Source of the DNA: an uncultured bacterium
GTDB taxonomy: Bacteria; Zixibacteria; MSB-5A5; CAIYYT01
Length of the DNA: 64,000 nucleotides
Assembly (NCBI GenBank): GCA_963707485.1
Contig: CAVPQS010000034.1
Location: 6,889-70,888 of the forward strand
Reading direction: 5' to 3'
The notes under the pieces are model-generated. The model did not search any database and was not told the origin of the DNA. It was given only the letters and a program-made list of their open reading frames with translations. The position numbers and the translations under genes are program-made. Each line of letters begins with the position of its first letter. Within the stretch, counting starts at the first letter, position 1. Below, in pieces: positions 20,399-29,455 of the stretch.

Positions 20399-21529
20399 AT
20401 GTCTGAATCCAGCAGCGCTCCGGTAAAGCGAATGCCTTCGGGGCTGCGTCGAGCCGCGGCGAAGCTGTTTGCGGTGTGCATGCACTGCCTTGGAATTTGG
20501 CGGCTGGTCTATGTCGTCAGACGCGTTGTTCGTCGAAAGCCACTTTTGGCGGTGTTCACGTTTCATCGAATTGTTGCCGACGGCGCGGATCGGGAGCATT
20601 TGGTTACATATGACAAGGGAACGCCGGCAGCGGTATTTGATCAGCAGATTAGCGGGATCAAGAAGTTCTACGAGATATTGGCGCTTGACCAATTCATTGA
20701 AGTGTTGGAGGGCAAGAGGACGCCGGCGCGGGACTCGGCGCTGATAACTTTTGACGATGCCGACTCCGAGTTTGCCGGGCAGGCGTTTCCGGCGCTGCAA
20801 AAGCACTCGGCGAGCAGCGTGGTTTTTGTGCCGACGGACTTCGTAGACAGCCCGAAAAAATTCTGGCATCTGCGCGTGTCAAATGCTTTTCACAGGCTTT
20901 CGGATTCGACCTGGCCGTTGGTAAAGGAGTTGTCGCGGCAGTTTCCTGCGGGCAAGAGCACTTGGCTCGAGGGTTTGGATTACCGCAAGCGCGAAGATTT
21001 GGCCACGGCGTGCTGGCGGTTTAACATCGCATTGGACCGGATGCAGGAAGCGGAAATTGAGGAATTTGTCGACCGGCTGGAGGCGATCACAGGCGGTGAG
21101 TACACCCTCGGAATAACTACAATGTCATGGATTGAGATCAAGGAAATGCATCGGTGCGGCGTGTACATGGAGTCGCATTCGGCATCGCACCGGAAGCTGG
21201 GGCGCCTGGATTTGGAGACCGTGCGGACAGAATTAGGCTCCAGCAAGTCCATGTTGGAACGTGAACTCGGCAAGACGGTTTGCGCGATTTGTTATCCGGC
21301 AGGGTCATTTGACGAGCGGGTTGTCAAGAGCGCCGAAGAACTGGGGTACAGAGTAGGTTTTACGACGAGGTTTGGATTTATCGATTTCCCGACGAACGGG
21401 AGCGACAGATTTGCATTGACTCGCTTCGACATGCGGGGAGGCGACAAGTTTGAGATAGAGCGGTTTTTGGGAGAGCTGCCAATACGACGTTTTCGCAAGG
21501 GTTGGCCGGTTCGGGGGAATTCCGAGTGA
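20399..21529 (+). CDS. Polysaccharide deacetylase (CE4/NodB domain)
   Basis: FHRI, ITFDD, SHSASH and CYPAG motifs. Confidence 0.85.
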   Translation: MSESSSAPVKRMPSGLRRAAAKLFAVCMHCLGIWRLVYVVRRVVRRKPLLAVFTFHRIVADGADREHLVTYDKGTPAAVFDQQISGIKKFYEILALDQFIEVLEGKRTPARDSALITFDDADSEFAGQAFPALQKHSASSVVFVPTDFVDSPKKFWHLRVSNAFHRLSDSTWPLVKELSRQFPAGKSTWLEGLDYRKREDLATACWRFNIALDRMQEAEIEEFVDRLEAITGGEYTLGITTMSWIEIKEMHRCGVYMESHSASHRKLGRLDLETVRTELGSSKSMLERELGKTVCAICYPAGSFDERVVKSAEELGYRVGFTTRFGFIDFPTNGSDRFALTRFDMRGGDKFEIERFLGELPIRRFRKGWPVRGNSE

Positions 21530-21754
21530 GTGACGGGCGAGTAGTTGCAGGAAAAATCGACAAACTCTGAGGGCAAAGTTTTTTTGTCGGTCCGGAACTT
21601 TGGCTGTGCGAGTTTGTACCATGACGAGAAGGCAAAAAATCCTAAAGAAGGAAACTCAACAAACCGGCAGGATTCACGTTGTAATCGCACCTAAGCAAAT
21701 CATGTTTGCTTGCGTATCATGTACGGATCTTAAAGCAATTGCCTCTGTAAGACA

Positions 21755-22078
21755 ATGACACAAGTTGGAGACGGTTTGATTACTGAAGAGACCATAGTTG
21801 AAGCCCTGCGCGAGTGTTACGACCCCGAAATTCCGGTAAATATTGTCGACTTGGGGTTAGTTTATCAGATTCGGGTGATAGATGGCGACAAGGTAGAAGT
21901 TGATTTTACATTGACGGCTCCTGGTTGCGGGATGGCGACGATGATCAAGGATGATATTGAAGCGAAGATACGAGCAATCGAAGGGGTCAAGGATGCGGTC
22001 GTAAATATTGTTTGGGATCCGCTTTGGACGCCGGACCGGATGTCGGAAGACGCCAAGAAAGCCATGGGGTTCGGATAA
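21755..22078 (+). CDS. DUF59/SufT/PaaD-like Fe-S cluster assembly protein
   Basis: DPEIPVNIVDLGLVY, TLTAPGC and WTPDRMS motifs. Confidence 0.92.
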   Translation: MTQVGDGLITEETIVEALRECYDPEIPVNIVDLGLVYQIRVIDGDKVEVDFTLTAPGCGMATMIKDDIEAKIRAIEGVKDAVVNIVWDPLWTPDRMSEDAKKAMGFG

Positions 22079-22084
22079 AACAAC

Positions 22085-22113
22085 TTGACAAGAATAGAGC
22101 TCGTCCGTAGATT
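22085..22113 (+). promoter_or_regulatory. Sigma70-type promoter upstream of the cohesin/FlgD-Ig gene
   Basis: TTGACA (22085-22090), 17-nt spacer, TAGATT (22108-22113). Confidence 0.6.
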
Positions 22114-22306
22114 ATTAAGGAAGGGATCACCTCTCCGATCCGTCGCACCGCCAAGAAATAGCAGATCACGAACATTTAAAAGAACATTCCGGGCATATTG
22201 CCGTGTTTAACTTTTTGGGATGAAAACAGTTTAGCCAAAGTGTTTTTGTATGAGAGTATTGTTCAGTCAACCCTTAAACCTTAACCCTGTGAGGGGGTGA
22301 TTCTGA

Positions 22307-23158
22307 ATGAAGCGTTTTATCGCTTTCGCAATCGCTCTTCTAATGCTCGTTGTGCCCGCGTTGCTGGCCAAGGATGCCGGTAACCGCGACACGTTCCGTG
22401 TCGGAGAGGCGTCGTTCATTTCGGAATCGGAATTTACGGTTCCGGTCTTGATATCTCACGATGAAGCTCTGGCAGCAATGGACATTCCGCTCACGTATTC
22501 CAAAGGTGTAACCCTGACTTCGGTATCCTTTGAAAATACGGCGGTGGCCGGTTTTGACGTACAAATCGCCAATATCGACCAGCAGAACAACCGCGTATCG
22601 ATCGGCCTGATCGATATGGTTAATGCCCCGAAGGACAATGCATATCTGAAGCCGTCGTCGTCGGGACTTAACAATATAGCCGTTTTGCATTTTAGACTGG
22701 ATGATCCGACTCTGCAGACTGTGGAGGTCGGGACATTTACGACTGAATCTCCGGCTCATGAGCTGATGTTCGTGTACAACGAATTCATAGACGGTGTTCC
22801 GCATGTGCGCGATCTCGCGCCGGAATTCGTGGGTGGCAGCGTATCGCTGAGCTCGCGCAATCCGAATGCCGCTCTGCCGACCGAGTTTGCTCTGTCGCAG
22901 AACGTTCCGAACCCGTTCAATCCGTCGACTGACATTTCCTTTGCTTTGCCGTCCGACTCCAAAGTAAGTCTTTCGATTTACAATGTTCTCGGCCAGCATG
23001 TGAAGACATTGGTTGACGAATATATGCGCGCCGGCAACCAGACCATCACCTGGGATGGCACGGATGCAACCGGCAGAACAGTAGCTTCAGGCGTCTACTT
23101 CTACAAGCTGAATGCAGATCAGTTCAGCTCTACGAAGAAGATGATGATGCTGAAGTAA
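22307..23158 (+). CDS. Secreted protein: cohesin-like domain + C-terminal FlgD-Ig/T9SS-type domain
   Basis: Signal peptide and cohesin-like beta sandwich, then PTEFALSQNVPNPFNPST...WDGTD..GRTVASGVYFYKL..TKKMMMLK. Confidence 0.8.
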   Translation: MKRFIAFAIALLMLVVPALLAKDAGNRDTFRVGEASFISESEFTVPVLISHDEALAAMDIPLTYSKGVTLTSVSFENTAVAGFDVQIANIDQQNNRVSIGLIDMVNAPKDNAYLKPSSSGLNNIAVLHFRLDDPTLQTVEVGTFTTESPAHELMFVYNEFIDGVPHVRDLAPEFVGGSVSLSSRNPNAALPTEFALSQNVPNPFNPSTDISFALPSDSKVSLSIYNVLGQHVKTLVDEYMRAGNQTITWDGTDATGRTVASGVYFYKLNADQFSSTKKMMMLK

Positions 23159-23215
23159 CCCGACTTGTTTCGAAAGAGGCAAGAGAGCTATTTTAGGATA
23201 GCTTAGTGAAGACAG

Positions 23216-23245
23216 AAAGCGCCCCGTCGCGAGACGAGGCGCTTT
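23216..23245. terminator. Bidirectional terminator between convergent genes
   Basis: AAAGCGCC-CCGTC-GCGA-GACG-A-GGCGCTTT hairpin with A/T runs on both sides. Confidence 0.75.
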
Positions 23246-23272
23246 TGCTTTGGGGGATATTTCGGTAGGAAT

Positions 23273-23890
23273 TTACCAGAACCAGCCGACGCCGAGTGTC
23301 ACGGAAAAGAAATTCGCTTTGAGGTCTTCGAAGTCGTCCAGTTCGATTTTCTGCCACATCCATTGTGCCGACGGCACCAGTGCGAATTTTTTGGTTAAGC
23401 GCAATTCGCCGCCGAGTCCGAGCATAACACCACCGCCGGTCGCTTCGTCGTGGTAATTGAGACTTGAACCTGGAGATTCGATGTCAATTTCGGCAATTCC
23501 GATTGCCGGCCCGCCCTTGATGAAGAAATACTGGGTTGGATAGTAAGTGATTACAGCGGCGGCGTTACTGACCGTTACTTGTGTCGGGTAAATATCACGA
23601 CCGAAGGCGACATCATAATCTTTCACCCAGGCATTACCTTCGAATCCGAACAGGACCTTGTTGCTCAGAGCGCCGCCGATGCGGAAGTTGCCGGCGCCGC
23701 CGGTTTCGGAATCGGAGAAGATGTCGAAATCTTCGTCAACATTGTCATATTCCAGGTTAAGGCTGCCAACACCGACGCCGAGGCCGATGTAAAAGCCACT
23801 ATGTGTGGCTGGCTTTAGTTCGGCGAATGCGGCGCTGCTTATCATGAGTGTAAATGTTGCGAGAGTCAGGATTTTGACCAGATTTTTCAT
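23273..23890 (-). CDS. Outer-membrane beta-barrel protein (OmpA-like membrane domain)
   Basis: Signal peptide, amphipathic strands (GFYIGLGVGVG), aromatic C-terminus LGVGWFW. Confidence 0.8.
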   Translation of the reverse strand: MKNLVKILTLATFTLMISSAAFAELKPATHSGFYIGLGVGVGSLNLEYDNVDEDFDIFSDSETGGAGNFRIGGALSNKVLFGFEGNAWVKDYDVAFGRDIYPTQVTVSNAAAVITYYPTQYFFIKGGPAIGIAEIDIESPGSSLNYHDEATGGGVMLGLGGELRLTKKFALVPSAQWMWQKIELDDFEDLKANFFSVTLGVGWFW

Positions 23891-24003
23891 GGGACCTCCG
23901 GAGAAATAGGTTTCGTCAACTAAGACCTATGAATCAAGCAATTGTAGGTGATCCGCAAGGCGGAAGTGACTGGATTCAAGGCGAATTTGGTGCGGACAGG
24001 TGG

Positions 24004-26265
24004 TCAGGCCGAGACGGCGGACATCTGCTGGAGCGAATATTCGAGCATTTTGAGGACATTGGCTTTGCCTTCGCGGCCGACCTCGATCTCGGGACCGACG
24101 CAGGAGGGGCAGCCGGACTCGCAGTCGCAATCGCGGACTAATTGCTTGGCGGCGGCGAAGATTTCCGGTGCGACGCGAAAGAGCTTTTGCGCATAGCCGA
24201 CGCCGCCGGGAACGGTTTCATAGATGTAGATTGTCGGTTTTTCGTCAAAGACAGACTTGACCTGCGAGACGGCGCGCAAGTCGCGCGCGTCGCACATGAG
24301 GTAAATCGGCGCGACGATTTGCAGGACATTTGCCATGCCGCGCAAGCCGGCGCCCAGATTTGCCCGGCCAAAGCCGAGCTCGTCGCCCAGGTCTTCGGGG
24401 AATTCCTGCCAGAACGAGGTCGTGTGCATTTCGATTTCCGGCATCGCTAATTTGCCGGAGCCGACGTTTTCATGAGTCTCGAACTTGATTTTTTTGAAGA
24501 GGACAGTGACGTTGGTGATCGAGACTTCGCCCCAATTGAGCGGTCCGGATTCCTGGTTAATTTCGATGACTTTGAGATCGGCCTTGGTTTCGGCGTCAGT
24601 GTAGTAGTCGACCTTGTCTTCTTTGACGTAGGCTTTCTTGCCTTCCCAATCCAATTCCAAGACTTGATACTGATTCGCCAGATGGATATAGATGGCTTCG
24701 GGGTGAAGCAGCATGGGCGCCGAGAAATAGTCAACCTCGCCGATGACGCGATTGCCGTTGGAAGTATTCAGGATAACAAAATTGTCGGGAGAAGCCGAAC
24801 GGAGGGAGACTTCAGTCGCGGGATAGATTTCGGAGGACCAGTGCCAGCGTTCGCCGGAATAGCGCAAGACGCCGCGACTTTGTAGGTAGTCCAATATTTC
24901 TGCGGTAGTATCGACGCCCATGACTTCGTCCTTGTGGAAGGGGAGTTCGAAGGCGGCGCATTTGAGATGCGAAGTCAGGATCACGAAGTTGTTAGGGTCG
25001 ATAACGCCCATCTCGGCAGGCGATTCAAAGAAAAATTCGGGGTGGCTGACGACGTACTGGTTGAGCGCTGAGCTTGAGGCCACCATGATTGAGACGCTGA
25101 CGGTGTTCTTGCGACCGGCGCGTCCAGCCTGCTGGCGAGTCGAGGCGATTGTGCCGGGATAGCCGCAAATAATGGAAACGTCGAGGCCGCCGATGTCGAT
25201 GCCCAGTTCGAGCGCATTGGTGGAGACGACCGCGGTGATATCGCCGGAGCGGAGGCCGGATTCGATTTCGCGGCGTTCGTTGGGCAGGTAACCGCCGCGA
25301 TAACCTTCGATGCGAGCGGAGCCGCCGTCGCGCCGAAGATAGGTCAGTAGGAGTTCGACGTTGAGGCGATAGGGCACGAAGACAATGCTTTGGACGCGAT
25401 TGTTGATGAAGCGTTTGGCGATGCGGCTGGTTTCGAGCAGGGAAGATTTGCGGATTCCTAACTGCTCATTTATAACCGGCGGATTGTAGAAGACGAAATG
25501 CTTTTCTCCGGAAGGTGCGCCGTTTTTGTCAACCAATTCCATCGGCAGTTGCGTGAGTTGCTCGGCTAATTCCCTGGGATTGCGAATTGTGGCGGAGCAG
25601 CAGATGAACTGCGGATTCGAGCCATAGAACTTGCAGATACGATGCAGTCGCCTGAGCACATTGGCGAGATGCGAACCGAACACGCCGCGATAGGTGTGGA
25701 CCTCGTCGATGACGATGAATTGGAGATTTTCAAAGAGCTTGATCCACTTGGTGTGATGCGGCAGAATCCCCGCATGGAGCATGTCGGGATTGGTGACGAC
25801 GATGTGGCCGGCCTTGCGAATTTTGCGCCGGGTCTCGGCGGGAGTGTCGCCGTCGAATGTGTAGGTGTTGATATCGAGACCGAGGTCGTTGATGACCTCG
25901 TGCAACTCGACCATCTGATCCTGCGAAAGCGCCTTCGTTGGAAATAGATAGAGCGCGCGGGCCTCCGGCTGAGCAATCATGCGCGCCAGCACGGGAAGAT
26001 TGTAGCAAAGCGTCTTACCCGAGGCTGTGGGAGTCACAACGGTGACGTTCTTGCCTTGTGCGACGCACTCGTATACCTCGGCTTGGTGCGTGTAGAGGCG
26101 GTGGATACCGCGTTTGCCGAATGCTTCTTTGAGGATTGCGGGTATCGACTCAGGGAAGTCCGCGTAAACAGCTTCCCGCGGCGGCTGGACGTGCCAGCGC
26201 GTGACATTCTCCATAAAGGAGTTGTCATTGCGCAGTTGGTCCAGAACCTGAGTAACGTTCAGCAT
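24004..26265 (-). CDS. DEAD/DEAH SF2 helicase with DUF1998 (MrfA/SftH/Hrq1 family)
   Basis: TPTASGKT, PTKALSQDQ, DEVH, STNALELGIDIG, QQAGRAGR motifs and a C-terminal C...CxCESGCPSC cluster. Confidence 0.92.
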   Translation of the reverse strand: MLNVTQVLDQLRNDNSFMENVTRWHVQPPREAVYADFPESIPAILKEAFGKRGIHRLYTHQAEVYECVAQGKNVTVVTPTASGKTLCYNLPVLARMIAQPEARALYLFPTKALSQDQMVELHEVINDLGLDINTYTFDGDTPAETRRKIRKAGHIVVTNPDMLHAGILPHHTKWIKLFENLQFIVIDEVHTYRGVFGSHLANVLRRLHRICKFYGSNPQFICCSATIRNPRELAEQLTQLPMELVDKNGAPSGEKHFVFYNPPVINEQLGIRKSSLLETSRIAKRFINNRVQSIVFVPYRLNVELLLTYLRRDGGSARIEGYRGGYLPNERREIESGLRSGDITAVVSTNALELGIDIGGLDVSIICGYPGTIASTRQQAGRAGRKNTVSVSIMVASSSALNQYVVSHPEFFFESPAEMGVIDPNNFVILTSHLKCAAFELPFHKDEVMGVDTTAEILDYLQSRGVLRYSGERWHWSSEIYPATEVSLRSASPDNFVILNTSNGNRVIGEVDYFSAPMLLHPEAIYIHLANQYQVLELDWEGKKAYVKEDKVDYYTDAETKADLKVIEINQESGPLNWGEVSITNVTVLFKKIKFETHENVGSGKLAMPEIEMHTTSFWQEFPEDLGDELGFGRANLGAGLRGMANVLQIVAPIYLMCDARDLRAVSQVKSVFDEKPTIYIYETVPGGVGYAQKLFRVAPEIFAAAKQLVRDCDCESGCPSCVGPEIEVGREGKANVLKMLEYSLQQMSAVSA

Positions 26266-26266
26266 G

Positions 26267-26809
26267 TTACATCACCTTCATGTAGGTGCGTTTGCAGATG
26301 TCGCAGAACTTTTCGGTTTTCTGATCGATGTCGAACATTTCGCTAGAATTGTACATGACGCACTTGGGATTGCGGCAAAAGGGGATAGAGAAGAGCGCTC
26401 CAACAACGCGCGTGGCTTCTTTGACCAAGCGTTGATAAATCAACTTCTCGTCATCGGGAAGTCCGTAGAATTGCTGTTTAAGTTGGTAGAGGGAGACGAT
26501 GGCGGTGCCGCCGACGGCGTCGGCATCGCTGACGAGAGTGTGATGACGAGTGCTGTAGATATCGTCCTCGATGATGCCGAGGATTTTCTCCTTGTCGCTG
26601 GCGCGAAGCAGTTCGAGTTTTTGCAGGATCATCGTGGAGAAGTATTGGCCCTTGATGACGTCATAGGCTTCGTTGGGGACCTTGATGCCCTGCAGGATGT
26701 CGACGCTGTGGCCAAAGCGGCTGGACAGCGCTGTAGACAGTTTGTTTATCTGGAAGTAGTCAACGTCGCCGAGCGGGACGATGACGATTTTTGCTCTATA
26801 TCTTTTCAT
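26267..26809 (-). CDS. Archaemetzincin-like protein lacking the catalytic zinc motif
   Basis: QYFS...LQKL and RLVKEA...CRNPKCVMYNS...IDQK...FCDIC match archaemetzincin, but HExxHxxGxxH reads RVVGALFSIPF. Confidence 0.75.
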   Translation of the reverse strand: MKRYRAKIVIVPLGDVDYFQINKLSTALSSRFGHSVDILQGIKVPNEAYDVIKGQYFSTMILQKLELLRASDKEKILGIIEDDIYSTRHHTLVSDADAVGGTAIVSLYQLKQQFYGLPDDEKLIYQRLVKEATRVVGALFSIPFCRNPKCVMYNSSEMFDIDQKTEKFCDICKRTYMKVM

Positions 26810-26991
26810 GTCATCTCAAAAAATTGTGAAGTACTTCCATCGGGTGAAATTTTGATTCTCATTTGGCGCGCACAACGCGGACACCAACCGACAAACGCGG
26901 TACCCTGCTTGTTGATGTAAATGCGGCTGTAGACTTTGCAGCACTTAAACATCACGCCGAGGTAGGGTCGTTCTTTGCGTTCGTTATCCAT
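26806..26991 (-). CDS. Small Cys-rich hypothetical protein (CC...CxxC), possible zinc ribbon
   Basis: RPYLGVMFKCCKVYSRIY...GWCPRC; overlaps the downstream gene by 4 nt and sits 1 nt from the upstream stop. Confidence 0.75.
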   Translation of the reverse strand: MDNERKERPYLGVMFKCCKVYSRIYINKQGTAFVGWCPRCARQMRIKISPDGSTSQFFEMT

Positions 26992-26992
26992 T

Positions 26993-28297
26993 TCATAATC
27001 GCTTGAGCACCAAAGGCTCCGGTTCCGGCTGTCGCGCCGTTATCTTAACACAACCTGAAAAACCGGCTGCAAATCCAGCAAATTTCGATTTCTGGCGGGC
27101 ATAGCCGACAGCCAGAGTTTCGCCGATTTCGACCCTGCTCCCCAATTTGGCCAACATTTCGATTCCGGCCAAGTGATCGATTTTGTCCGCAACGGATTGC
27201 CGGCCGGCTCCCATCGTGACGGCGAGGAAGCCCAGCCTTGCCGTATCGATCGCGGTAATATAGCCGGATTGCGTTGATTTCACAATTTCCTTATAGGCAA
27301 GTTTCAGCATTCGTTGCGGATTTTCGAATGCCTTGAAATCGCCGCCACAGGCGTTGACATAGCGGCACCAGGACTCGTAGGCGGCGCCGGAAGAAATGGC
27401 GGCCTGCATGGCGTCGGCAGCACTGCGTTGGTTTTTTGCGACTCCGGCGAGGCGCAGCATTTCTTGGCCAAGTTCGAATGTAAGGGCAAGGGTATCTTCG
27501 GGACCGTCGCCGCGGAGGATTTCGACCGTTTCGATGATTTCAAGGAAGTTGCCGATCATCCGGCCGGTTGGCTGATTCATATTTGTCATGACGGCCCGTG
27601 CCGGCAACTTATTGGCGCGGGAGACGTCGAGCAGTGACTTCGCCAACTTGAGAGCTTCGTCGCTGGATTTCATGAAAGCGCCGGAGCCGGATTTGACATC
27701 GAAGACGATACCGTCGGATTTGAGAGCTAATTTCTTTGACATGATACTGGCGACGATAAGCGAGATTGACTCAACAGTTCCGGTCGCATCGCGGAGAGCG
27801 TAGATTTTCTTGTCGGCAGGGGCAATTCGCGCGGTTTGGCCAGTGATCGCCCAGTGGTGCTTTTTCAGAAGTCGTCCGAACTCGGCGGTGGTGTGGAAAA
27901 CGCGCATTCCGGGAAGCGATTCAAGCTTGTCGAGTGTGCCGCCGGTATGGCCAAGACCGCGACCGGAAAACATGCCGACCGCAATGCCGCATTGGGCTAA
28001 AATTGGTGAGAGTGTAAGTGAAAGTTTGTCGCCGACTCCTCCGGTGGAGTGTTTGTCGATCAATGGGCGGTCGAGGCCGCGGATGGCCACGATCTCACCT
28101 GAGTGTAACATAGCTTGGGTAAGGGCGGAGGTTTCGTTCGAATCGAGGCCGCGGATAAATGCCGCCATGAGGAATGCCGACATGTGGTAGTCGGCGATGT
28201 TGCCGTCAGTATACATCTTAACAATACGAGTAATGTCGGCAGAGTCGAGTTCGCGGCCGTCCCGCTTGGCGGCAATTAGTTCATAGATCGATTTCAT
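26993..28297 (-). CDS. pdp: Pyrimidine-nucleoside/thymidine phosphorylase
   Basis: DKHSTGGVGDK, SGRGLGHTGGTLDKLES, YALRDATGTV and SIMSKK motifs. Confidence 0.94.
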   Translation of the reverse strand: MKSIYELIAAKRDGRELDSADITRIVKMYTDGNIADYHMSAFLMAAFIRGLDSNETSALTQAMLHSGEIVAIRGLDRPLIDKHSTGGVGDKLSLTLSPILAQCGIAVGMFSGRGLGHTGGTLDKLESLPGMRVFHTTAEFGRLLKKHHWAITGQTARIAPADKKIYALRDATGTVESISLIVASIMSKKLALKSDGIVFDVKSGSGAFMKSSDEALKLAKSLLDVSRANKLPARAVMTNMNQPTGRMIGNFLEIIETVEILRGDGPEDTLALTFELGQEMLRLAGVAKNQRSAADAMQAAISSGAAYESWCRYVNACGGDFKAFENPQRMLKLAYKEIVKSTQSGYITAIDTARLGFLAVTMGAGRQSVADKIDHLAGIEMLAKLGSRVEIGETLAVGYARQKSKFAGFAAGFSGCVKITARQPEPEPLVLKRL

Positions 28298-29001
28298 GAA
28301 CGGCTGCGGAGTTCGTTGATGATTGCGACACCGGACGAGGTTCCAATGCGCGAAGCCCCGGCCTCGATCATGGCGAGAGCTTGCTGAAGCGTGCGAATGC
28401 CCCCGGATGCTTTGACGCCGATGCGATTACCAACAGTTTCAAACAAGAGGGCGACATCTTCGACGGTAGCCTGGCCAAACATACCGGTGGATGTTTTGAC
28501 AAAATCGACGCCACAGTCGGCGGCAATGGTGGCAGCAGAAACTTTCTCCTCGCGACTAAGCAGCGTGCATTCGAGAATCACTTTGAGGATCGTTTGGCGG
28601 GAGAGCGCTTTGCGAACGCCGGCAACATCGTGTTCATACAATGACCAATCGCCGGACTTAATTGCGCCGACATTGGCGACCATGTCGATTTCATCGGCGC
28701 CGTGGTTTTCGCCCTCCTGGCCCTCGAATATTTTAGCTTCGGTCGTAGTCGCTCCCAGCGGAAAACCGGCGACGGTACCAAGCTTTACGCCGGAGCCTTT
28801 CAGAAGGGTGGCGCACATCGTGGTGTAGCTGGGATTTATGAAGATGGCTTTGTAATGGTACTTAATTGCCTCTTCGCAGAGGTTTTGGATATCGGTCGCC
28901 GATGATTCGGTCTTCAATACCGCTGCGTCGATAAAGCCGGCGAGATCAATATCACTGCGAATTTTATTGCGAAAGTCACGGTTATTGTCGCGTTCAGACA
29001 T
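28294..29001 (-). CDS. deoC: Deoxyribose-phosphate aldolase
   Basis: GFPLGA, DEIDMV, LKVILE, DFVKTSTG, KASGGIRT and RIGTS motifs. ATG 29001 preferred (AGGA upstream); the track starts at 29013. Confidence 0.95.
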   Translation of the reverse strand: MSERDNNRDFRNKIRSDIDLAGFIDAAVLKTESSATDIQNLCEEAIKYHYKAIFINPSYTTMCATLLKGSGVKLGTVAGFPLGATTTEAKIFEGQEGENHGADEIDMVANVGAIKSGDWSLYEHDVAGVRKALSRQTILKVILECTLLSREEKVSAATIAADCGVDFVKTSTGMFGQATVEDVALLFETVGNRIGVKASGGIRTLQQALAMIEAGASRIGTSSGVAIINELRSRS

Positions 29002-29057
29002 GTTGTTCCTCATTTAGCCGCCCATAGGAAAAGTAGCTTTTTATTGACGGAATGGTA

Positions 29058-29450
29058 TCACTTTTTTAGCACAAAGGGAGCGGGGTAGAGCTTCATCAAT
29101 GACGTGCGTTTGATTTCGCCGGATTTGTTCACGAGTATAATCGGCAAGTCGTCACAGAATTCGGAAAGGACCTGGAGGCAGGCGCCACAGGGAGTGATGA
29201 AGTCCACGGTGTCAGATGCCAGCGCAAGGCGTTTGAATTTGCGTTCGCGATTCGCGACGGCAGAAAAGACGGCATTGCGTTCGGCGCAGACGGTGAGACC
29301 ATAGGAGCGGTTTTCGACGTTGGCGCCGACGTAAATAAATTTTGCAGTTTCAAGCGCGGCGCCGACGCGGAATTTCGAATAAGGCGAATAGGAGTGTTTT
29401 AGCACGGCCTGACTGGCGAGAATCAATTCTTGTTCGGTGAAGTTTTTCAT
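29058..29450 (-). CDS. cdd: Cytidine deaminase (homotetrameric type)
   Basis: YSPYSKFRVGAAL, NVEN, CAER and PCGAC motifs. Confidence 0.95.
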   Translation of the reverse strand: MKNFTEQELILASQAVLKHSYSPYSKFRVGAALETAKFIYVGANVENRSYGLTVCAERNAVFSAVANRERKFKRLALASDTVDFITPCGACLQVLSEFCDDLPIILVNKSGEIKRTSLMKLYPAPFVLKK

Positions 29451-29455
29451 AACCG

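Noticed and set aside
26264-26920. 218-aa plus-strand ORF over the archaemetzincin-like gene
   Set aside because: Antisense shadow with no motifs; the minus-strand genes have family signatures and operon coupling.
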